Shown one piece after another: positions 16,962 to 24,000 of a DNA stretch of 24,000 nucleotides; the first letter of the stretch is position 1; every line of letters begins with the position of its first letter. Source of the stretch: Bacteroidota bacterium. GTDB lineage: Bacteria; Bacteroidota; Bacteroidia; B-17B0; Aurantibacillaceae. The DNA is taken from positions 58,596-82,595 of the forward strand of contig JADJDM010000009.1 in assembly GCA_016702705.1 (NCBI GenBank). Reading direction: 5' to 3'. The translations under genes and the position numbers were made by a program. Below the pieces are notes generated by a model. It did no database searches. It worked only from the letters and a program-made list of their open reading frames with translations, and was not told the origin of the DNA.

Positions 16962-19900
16962 AAAGAAAGCGCGTACTTGTGCTCCACCAATATGTATGAT
17001 GCGGTTTCCAGGGGATTTACGTCCTTCGTAATTAAAGCTTATTTGCAAATAAGCACTTAGGTTTTGTTGGTAATTAAGGTTCCAAGTAAAGTTATCTCCT
17101 GGTTTTAAGGAGTTCAACATTTCGAAAGCAATTGGTGAGTTTAATACATCATTGTATGAAATTCGTAAATAATCGGCACGCAGTATAAAACTTCCTTTTG
17201 ATAGTTTGTTGTATTTTAATTCAAGTAAAATATCATCAATACTTGCTTTTTGATTGCCATATTCTTTTGCGTTTTTTTTCTCACTTCGTTTGTATCCAAT
17301 GCTTGTTCTAAAGGCTGTGTTAGGTTGATAAGAAATACGCGGCTCTGTTTCATAAAACTCAATATTATAATTTCTGTTACCTAAATAGGCGGCAAAAGAG
17401 TTTTTGTTTCCTGCAGTTGAATTAGTAAAAAATCCCCAAGCTTTGGTAAAGTTAATTCGTGTTCTTAATTCGTGTTGTATGGTTGCTCTGCTTTCTAATC
17501 CATTTACTAAAAGTTGCTTTATTTTATTGTCCTGGTAATTATAATCAAAACCACCAATAGCAGAGTTTTGATTGAAGAAAAATGCTTGTCTAAATGATGA
17601 GTTGTTACTCATTAATGTTGAATCGGGAATGCTAGTGTCAAATGGATTGTAAATCCTGTCGTTACTAGTTGCAATCGATTTGTTATCTGTTCTGTAAACT
17701 GTTTGTGTTGAAAAGCGCGACATGAGTTTAACAAACTTATTCGACTTTTCATTTTTAAATACGCTTGGTCGCAAATAAATACTTCCACTAAATTGATTGT
17801 GTGCCGCTTTTACATAGCTATTAGTTGGCGTAAATATTTTAATGAATGTTGCTTGGTCGGTGTATTGGGCAATTTCAAATTCGTTTAGTTCTTTAATTCC
17901 GTTTCCATTATAATCATTCCAATAATATTGTCCTTGCCCCGCTGCAACTTGTATAAAAGAATATTCTTTGCGTTGCTCTAATCCATATCCAATTTCGTAG
18001 AAAATATTTCCTTGAATAAATCCTTTCCAAATTTTTGGAGCATATTCTAATCTACTTAATAAAGTATTATCTGGTTTTGTGCTAATTAAAAGTGAATCTA
18101 ATATTTGTAACTGACGATAAATTACCGTTGTTTTTATTGTGTGATTTCTAATGCTATTGATGTCAGCGCTAAATCCATAGTTTTGCGCATAAGCGGTTGA
18201 TTTAAGCCTGTTGCCACTTGCTTTTTTATCTGTACGCTCACGATAAAAAATTTTAAATACGTTTCCAGTTGTATCTGCTTTGCTAATGTTTCCTTCACGT
18301 TCCCAAAAAGCATAACTATTGGCGAGCACCGAATCTTTTGATTTATAGTTGAATTGGTTTTGTTCTAACTCATCAATGTAACCGAAAGCAACTTTCCTAA
18401 AAACATATTTTGCATTTGTTTTGTGTCGATAAAATTGCGTGTTAGTATTTGTGAATTTATCTTTTGATTGCAAGTATGTTGGATTAAACTGAATGCTTAA
18501 TGGTCCAACTAAATAACTGTTCATTAATTGATGACGGAAACCTTCGTAATTGCCTTCTTCAATAAAAGCATTTCCAGTATAAATGCTTTTCATTTTTCCT
18601 TTTATATCAAAACCAATTTGAGCGCCTGCAATGTGCTGAATGTTTTTGACCGAGTCGTTTCTTCTGTTCCAATCACGTGTAAATTCGATGGCTCTAAAAC
18701 GCTCTATTTGCGAAAAATGTTTGTCGATTACTTCGTAAGAAGCATTTGTAATGATAAATGATTTTGTTTGTGAGCTATCTGTTTTTTTTATTTCGAATTT
18801 TTTATCAAAATTTATTTTACCTCCGTAGCCTTTGTCATCATTACTGTTGGCAGATGAAAAAGTATTGATGTCATTTTTGGTGAGTGCACCTTCCCAAGTT
18901 ATTGCCCCGTTCTTTTTTAGTTTGTATGCGCCAGTGGTTACATACATTTGTTTTTGTTTGGGCGTAACAATAATTACAATAGGTTCATAATTCCCTTGTT
19001 TAATTCCTAAAATAGGTTCTGTCCATTGGTATACTTTTCCATTTGCCAAGCTTTGTATTTGTTTGTAATTTCCATTTCCTTCGCCAACATAACTAAAGCG
19101 TACACGATAAGCAGTGTCGGGCGATGTAGAATATTTATAAATTGGATACGTGCCACTTGCAGCTATGGAATCTAATTTGTCATAAAACACTTCGGTAGTA
19201 TTAAAGTCGGAAACGCTTGCGCCATCTGTAATTGCCAAGCTTAATGTGTCACCAATGTTTCTTAAAAGTAATTTTTCGCTTGCACTTAACTCTTGTTGAA
19301 AGGGTTTGTTTTTATTGTCTTGTTCGCTAAAAATATGAAATCCTAAATCTAAATTTGTCGATTGATATTCTTCTCCAATATAATATAGCGAACGGTTGTA
19401 ATTTCTTTCTGAGTATTGAAATTCAACCGTGATACGTTTATCTTTTGTAATAATTTGTTTTGCTGTAAATGTAATTTCCGAAGTGTTATAATCAATTACA
19501 TACTCATTCTCTTGCCCACGTTGTACAAGCTTTCCATCAATGTAAACTTTTTCCGTTCCAGATAAAACAATAATAAATAATTCGTTATCTGCTCCTCGTA
19601 AACGATAAGGACCTTGGTTGTTTTCAATTCCTATAATAGTATTACGCGCAAACTTTCCTCTTGAAATTGCTCCCGATACTTTAGTGCTAAGTTTGGAAGT
19701 TTTTATTGCATTTGAATCTAAAACAAAATTGTTTTCGAAATATAAACCTTGGGTGCGTTTGTAATAATTCATGAAATAACTCTTTGGCCGGCTCAACTGA
19801 AAATCACCCATAATAAGTTTATTGTTATCATCGCTTAGCTGAATAAAAACCTTATCAAACTCCTGTAATTGCTGTGTATTTCCGTCGGGTTGAATTGGAA

Positions 19901-20441
19901 TGTTATTATCCGTTGCAGCTAATACCAAATCAATATCGTTACTTAATTTACCTGCAACTTGCAAATTCATATTTGAATTTACAACAACATCTTGGTTGTT
20001 TCCAAAACTAATTCCACGTGATATACTACCGTTTTTACTTAATCCATCATTTTGGAAAATAGGAGTAATAGGATTAATTGCATTGTAATTAATAATAAAT
20101 GGATTTTGCCCCAAACTTTGATCTCTGTTAAGCATTGAGATGTCCTTATTAAAATGTTCCTTATTAAAATTAATAGGATACACTTTGTAAGATATGCGAA
20201 CGCTATCGCTAGTGTTTTTTAAAATCAGAAAATTCTTTTTAGAATCGAAAATATAATCTTTGTTAGAAATTAATTTGTTGCCACTTGTAATAATTAAACT
20301 TCCATCGACAATACTTAACGAATCTAAAAAAATTGTGTCTTTACTTGCTTTTAAAAATAAGTTGCGTTGAGAGCCGGTTTGCGCTTTAACTTGTATTACT
20401 ACAATAAAAAAGAATAGTATGGCTTTTATATACTTCAACAC
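16959..20441 (-). CDS. large (1160 aa) predicted outer-membrane/surface protein, Bacteroidota-type
   Basis: Signal peptide MLKYIKAILFFFIVVIQVKAQ, long barrel-like alternating segments, C-terminal aromatic end (GGAQVRAFF). Confidence 0.8.
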   Translation of the reverse strand: MLKYIKAILFFFIVVIQVKAQTGSQRNLFLKASKDTIFLDSLSIVDGSLIITSGNKLISNKDYIFDSKKNFLILKNTSDSVRISYKVYPINFNKEHFNKDISMLNRDQSLGQNPFIINYNAINPITPIFQNDGLSKNGSISRGISFGNNQDVVVNSNMNLQVAGKLSNDIDLVLAATDNNIPIQPDGNTQQLQEFDKVFIQLSDDNNKLIMGDFQLSRPKSYFMNYYKRTQGLYFENNFVLDSNAIKTSKLSTKVSGAISRGKFARNTIIGIENNQGPYRLRGADNELFIIVLSGTEKVYIDGKLVQRGQENEYVIDYNTSEITFTAKQIITKDKRITVEFQYSERNYNRSLYYIGEEYQSTNLDLGFHIFSEQDNKNKPFQQELSASEKLLLRNIGDTLSLAITDGASVSDFNTTEVFYDKLDSIAASGTYPIYKYSTSPDTAYRVRFSYVGEGNGNYKQIQSLANGKVYQWTEPILGIKQGNYEPIVIIVTPKQKQMYVTTGAYKLKKNGAITWEGALTKNDINTFSSANSNDDKGYGGKINFDKKFEIKKTDSSQTKSFIITNASYEVIDKHFSQIERFRAIEFTRDWNRRNDSVKNIQHIAGAQIGFDIKGKMKSIYTGNAFIEEGNYEGFRHQLMNSYLVGPLSIQFNPTYLQSKDKFTNTNTQFYRHKTNAKYVFRKVAFGYIDELEQNQFNYKSKDSVLANSYAFWEREGNISKADTTGNVFKIFYRERTDKKASGNRLKSTAYAQNYGFSADINSIRNHTIKTTVIYRQLQILDSLLISTKPDNTLLSRLEYAPKIWKGFIQGNIFYEIGYGLEQRKEYSFIQVAAGQGQYYWNDYNGNGIKELNEFEIAQYTDQATFIKIFTPTNSYVKAAHNQFSGSIYLRPSVFKNEKSNKFVKLMSRFSTQTVYRTDNKSIATSNDRIYNPFDTSIPDSTLMSNNSSFRQAFFFNQNSAIGGFDYNYQDNKIKQLLVNGLESRATIQHELRTRINFTKAWGFFTNSTAGNKNSFAAYLGNRNYNIEFYETEPRISYQPNTAFRTSIGYKRSEKKNAKEYGNQKASIDDILLELKYNKLSKGSFILRADYLRISYNDVLNSPIAFEMLNSLKPGDNFTWNLNYQQNLSAYLQISFNYEGRKSPGNRIIHIGGAQVRAFF

Positions 20442-20542
20442 TTAATAGGGATAACGCAATTTAAAAATACAAAATTGTGTAAATTATATGTAATAATAGG
20501 CAATTTGCGAATTCTGTTTAAATTTGGAAAAATTAAATTGCA

Positions 20543-21310
20543 ATGCGCAGAATTATAACTTATAACGTAAATGGCATAAGAGCCGCAATGGGAAAGGGAC
20601 TTATTGATTGGATGAAGAGTACTGACCCAGATATTTTATGTGTTCAGGAAATTAAAGCAAGCCCCGAACAAGTTGGTGTGTTTGAGTTTGAGGAGATGGG
20701 TTATCATCATTATTGGTATCCGGCACAAAAAAAAGGGTACAGCGGAGTTGCTATTTTTAGCAAGCAAAAGCCTGATAATGTTGTTTATGGTTGTGGTATA
20801 AAGGAATATGATGATGAGGGAAGATTTATTCGTGCAGATTATGGTGATATTTCGGTGATCAGTGTTTATCATCCAAGTGGTAGTAGTGGTGATGATAGAC
20901 AAGCATTTAAAATGAAGTGGCTGGCAGATTTCGCGAATTACATTGAAGAATTAAGAAGCGAACGACCAAAATTGATTATTTCGGGCGATTACAATATTTG
21001 TCACAAAGCAATTGATATTCACAACCCAAAATCAAATGCAAATACATCTGGTTTTTTACCCGAAGAGCGCGATTGGTTTGATAAATTTGTTGATTTGGGA
21101 TACATTGATACTTTTCGATTTTTTAATCAGGAACCGCACCAATATTCTTGGTGGAGTTACCGTGCCGGTTCAAGGGGCAAAAATTTGGGTTGGCGCATAG
21201 ATTACAATATGGTTACCCAAAATTTGGAGAAAAATCTAAAGCGGTCGGTTATTTTAAATCAAGCGATGCATTCCGATCATTGCCCTGTTATGTTAGAGAT
21301 TGATTTTTAA
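20543..21310 (+). CDS. xth: exodeoxyribonuclease III (AP endonuclease family)
   Basis: MRRIITYNVNGIRAAMGKGLIDWM..PDILCVQEIKA..GYSGVAIFSK..GRFIRADYGD..SGDYNICHKAIDI..WRIDYNMVT..HSDHCPVML, the characteristic EEP/XthA motifs. Confidence 0.94.
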   Translation: MRRIITYNVNGIRAAMGKGLIDWMKSTDPDILCVQEIKASPEQVGVFEFEEMGYHHYWYPAQKKGYSGVAIFSKQKPDNVVYGCGIKEYDDEGRFIRADYGDISVISVYHPSGSSGDDRQAFKMKWLADFANYIEELRSERPKLIISGDYNICHKAIDIHNPKSNANTSGFLPEERDWFDKFVDLGYIDTFRFFNQEPHQYSWWSYRAGSRGKNLGWRIDYNMVTQNLEKNLKRSVILNQAMHSDHCPVMLEIDF

Positions 21311-21412
21311 GTAGTTAATATTTACCTTTGATGTAATAAATAGTAGCTTTTTTGCAGAATTCACTTATATTTGCACTTGGCAAAATTATAGTAAACCGAT
21401 TACTTTCCATTT

Positions 21413-23170
21413 ATGAAAAAAATTATAGCATTAGCACTGGCAGTAAGCATCTTCGCTTCATGCGGAGGAGATAAAAAAGAACAAACTTCAACCGAAGCAA
21501 AAGGTGGAGTTTATTACGGTGGAGTTTTTAGAATGAATGAGTTAGAAGATTTCAAAAATCTTTATCCATTATCTACAATTGATGTTGGTTCACATCGTAT
21601 TGCTAATCAAGTTTATGAAGGTTTAGTTAAATTAAATCCAGCTGATTTATCTGTTGTTCCTGGTGTTGCTTATCGTTGGGAAAGTAATGAAACTCAAGAT
21701 GTATGGACATTCCATTTACGTGCAGGCGTTAAGTTTCACGATGACCCTTGTTTTGCTGATGGAAAAGGAAGAGTAGTTACTGCTCAAGATTTTAAATATT
21801 GTTTTGATAAATCGTGTGAGGCAAGTGCAAATAACTCCGCATTTGATATCACATTCAAAAATAAAGTAAAAGGTGCTAACGAAGCATTTGCTGCATCAAA
21901 ATTAAGTAAGAAAGAAGAAAATGTTACGGGTGTTGTTGTTGTAAACGATTCTACCTTAACTATTTCATTAACTACTCCAAATGCAGAGTTTTTAAATGTA
22001 TTATCAACTCCAGGTTGTTATGTTTACCCTAAAGAAGCATTCGTAAAGTACGGTGTTGATATGAGAACTAAGTGCGTTGGTACTGGTCCTTTTATGGTAA
22101 AAACAGTAAAAGAGGGTGAAGTTGTTATCCTTGAAAAAAATAAAAATTATTGGGGTGTTGATGAGCACGGTAATCAATTACCGTATTTAGATGCGATTAA
22201 ATACACTTTCATTAAAGAGAAAAAATCTGAGATGTTAGAGTTTCAACGTGGTAATCTTGATATGGTGTTCCGTATTCCTATCGAGATGTACAAAGAGATT
22301 ATGGGTGACTATCAAAATGCAAACGCTCGTAAAACAGATTTCGAAATACAAACTACTGCTGCTTTAGCAACAAACATGTATGGTCTTTTAGTTACAAGTC
22401 CAGGCTTTGCTAAAAAGGAAGCACGTTTAGCTTTCAACTACGCAATTGATAGAAATAAAATTGTTGATTTTACATTACAAGGTCAAGGTGTTGCAGGTAT
22501 TTACGGTGTTATTCCTCCAGTTGAAGCATTTAAAAAAGCTGGTCTTGATTTCGATGGAATTACTGGTTATACTTATGATGTTGACAAAGCGAAAGCATAT
22601 ATGAAACAAGCAGGTTATCCTGGTGGAGCTGGTTTCCCTAAAATCACATTAACTATTAATAGTGGTGGTGGAGAGCGTAACCAACAAGTTGCTGAAGTAA
22701 TTCAAAAAATGTTAGAAGAAAATATTGGGGTAAAAGTTGAAATTAATGTTGTTCCTTTTGCAGAACAAATTGATGGAATGCAATCAGGAAAACAAGAGTT
22801 TTTCCGTACAGCTTGGATTGCTGATTACCCAGATCCTATTTCTTTCTTATCATTGTTCTACGGTAAAAATGCACCTACATCACCTGAAGAAAAGTCGTTC
22901 ATTAATTTCTCTCGTTTTAAAAGCGATGTATTTGATGCTAAATTTGAAGCAGCAGTTAGAGAAATTGATCAAGCTAAGCGCTATGCATTGTTTAAAGAAT
23001 GCGATCAAATCTTAATTAATGAAGGAGCTTTAATTCCTTTGTTTTATGATGAGAACGATCGTTTAGTACAAAAGAATGTTCGTAATTTTCCAATAAACGC
23101 AATGGAGTACAGAGATTTTTCTAAAGTGTATATTGTACCAAAAGATAAAATGAACACTGCTAAAAAATAA
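21413..23170 (+). CDS. ABC transporter substrate-binding protein, family 5 (peptide/nickel type), lipoprotein
   Basis: Lipobox MKKIIALALAVSIFASCGG. SBP_bac_5 features: YEGLVKLNPADLSVVPGVAYRWESNETQDVWTFHLRAGVKFHDDPCF..VVTAQDFKYCFDK.., ARLAFNYAIDRNKIVDFTLQGQGVAGIYGVIPP.., WIADYPDPISFLSLFYG. Confidence 0.93.
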   Translation: MKKIIALALAVSIFASCGGDKKEQTSTEAKGGVYYGGVFRMNELEDFKNLYPLSTIDVGSHRIANQVYEGLVKLNPADLSVVPGVAYRWESNETQDVWTFHLRAGVKFHDDPCFADGKGRVVTAQDFKYCFDKSCEASANNSAFDITFKNKVKGANEAFAASKLSKKEENVTGVVVVNDSTLTISLTTPNAEFLNVLSTPGCYVYPKEAFVKYGVDMRTKCVGTGPFMVKTVKEGEVVILEKNKNYWGVDEHGNQLPYLDAIKYTFIKEKKSEMLEFQRGNLDMVFRIPIEMYKEIMGDYQNANARKTDFEIQTTAALATNMYGLLVTSPGFAKKEARLAFNYAIDRNKIVDFTLQGQGVAGIYGVIPPVEAFKKAGLDFDGITGYTYDVDKAKAYMKQAGYPGGAGFPKITLTINSGGGERNQQVAEVIQKMLEENIGVKVEINVVPFAEQIDGMQSGKQEFFRTAWIADYPDPISFLSLFYGKNAPTSPEEKSFINFSRFKSDVFDAKFEAAVREIDQAKRYALFKECDQILINEGALIPLFYDENDRLVQKNVRNFPINAMEYRDFSKVYIVPKDKMNTAKK

Positions 23171-23176
23171 AAATTA

Positions 23177-23203
23177 AACAGCCCCGATTCGGGGCTGTTT
23201 TTT
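23177..23203 (+). terminator. rho-independent terminator of the substrate-binding protein gene
   Basis: AACAGCCCC-GATTC-GGGGCTGTTTTTTTT. Confidence 0.92.
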
Positions 23204-23220
23204 TATATGTTAATTTTATT

Positions 23221-23772
23221 ATGAATAAAATACTTTCTTGTTTGTTAGCTACTAGCATTGTTTTCAGTTCTTGTTCAGAAAAGGAAAAAGATGCCAAGTC
23301 TTATTTTGATGAAGTGATTTCCAAAACAGATTCAGTTGTTGTTGTGTTTAATAGTTTTATTGATGGCTCAACTTATTTTCAAGTTGATTCGTTAAATAAG
23401 TCAATAACTAAAATTGACGCAACCATTAAAGAACAAGGCGCATTAATTGCCAATATGGAAGACTACAAAGGCGATGCTGCTATAAGAATTGCTGCCATTA
23501 CGTTTATCAATCAATTAAGCGAGGTAAGCAATAGTGAGTTTAAAAAGATGGTAAATATTTGTTCTATTTCTGATGCTATTTCTGAACAAGAAAAAAGTAG
23601 TAAGATAGATTCCTTGGCATCGGTGATGGGATTAAAAGTAAATATGGCAAGCAAACCATTTATTAAAGCGCAAACAGAATTTGCAGCAAAAAATAGTATC
23701 AAATTGAATTTCGATTATGAAATTGCACCAGCAATGAAAAATGAGCTGGATACTACTGTACTTGTAAAATAA
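23221..23772 (+). CDS. hypothetical lipoprotein
   Basis: MNKILSCLLATSIVFSSCSEKEKDAKSYFDEVISKT, lipobox and intact 183-aa ORF. Confidence 0.75.
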   Translation: MNKILSCLLATSIVFSSCSEKEKDAKSYFDEVISKTDSVVVVFNSFIDGSTYFQVDSLNKSITKIDATIKEQGALIANMEDYKGDAAIRIAAITFINQLSEVSNSEFKKMVNICSISDAISEQEKSSKIDSLASVMGLKVNMASKPFIKAQTEFAAKNSIKLNFDYEIAPAMKNELDTTVLVK

Positions 23773-23787
23773 ATTTACAGAACTAAA

Positions 23788-24000
23788 CTAGTATTTTGCC
23801 CCACCAATTCCAATCTTTTCAATCGGATGCCAAGTAGTTTTTATTTCTTGCAAATCCATAATTAAATATGGGTTTTGACTTTCAGCTTTTGTCCAATCCT
23901 TTTGCCAAAAGAAAACACGCTTTACATTTAAAGAGCCATTTTCTGCAACTAATTTTTGTTCAGCTGCATTTGTTCTGCAATAAATCATTGCATTAACATC
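23788..24000 (-). CDS. C-terminal part of an unidentified protein continuing past the right edge
   Basis: The frame stays open to the window end (..DVNAMIYCRTNAAEQKLVAENGSLNVKRVFFWQKDWTKAESQNPYLIMDLQEIKTTWHPIEKIGIGGAKY*). Confidence 0.6.
   Translation of the reverse strand, partial: DVNAMIYCRTNAAEQKLVAENGSLNVKRVFFWQKDWTKAESQNPYLIMDLQEIKTTWHPIEKIGIGGAKY

Noticed and set aside
21366-21373. TATATTTG resembling the Bacteroidota -7 promoter box (TAnnTTTG) upstream of the substrate-binding protein gene
   Set aside because: No TTG -33 element at the expected ~17-23 nt spacing. Such octamers are frequent by chance in AT-rich DNA.

Overview
Chromosomal window that looks like Bacteroidota (SusC/TonB-type receptor, fused 2-oxoacid dehydrogenase E1, TPR-SpoIIE phosphatase, low GC). 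Most genes are ordinary housekeeping or surface-protein genes. The most notable locus is leuS (10139..13498, minus). Its leucyl-tRNA synthetase frame contains a ~441-bp, frame-preserving insert (~12173..12613) that encodes a DUF559/Vsr-like endonuclease domain. The insert is bounded by imperfect inverted repeats containing REP-like palindromes, and one in-frame TAA (12416..12418) lies inside it and splits the annotated ORF. Other points: a TPP riboswitch (2521..2692, minus) upstream of a TonB-dependent receptor, with a P3 extension that resembles an inserted inverted repeat and a frameshifted receptor gene; a ~0.6-kb RAYT/IS200-like element (9471..10079) nested in two pairs of inverted repeats, whose transposase homology starts at an ATA codon; an inverted-repeat element abutting the stop codon of a large outer-membrane protein gene; and an internal duplication in an SPFH/flotillin-like protein. 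I saw no CRISPR array, rRNA, tRNA or recognisable multi-gene defence system.
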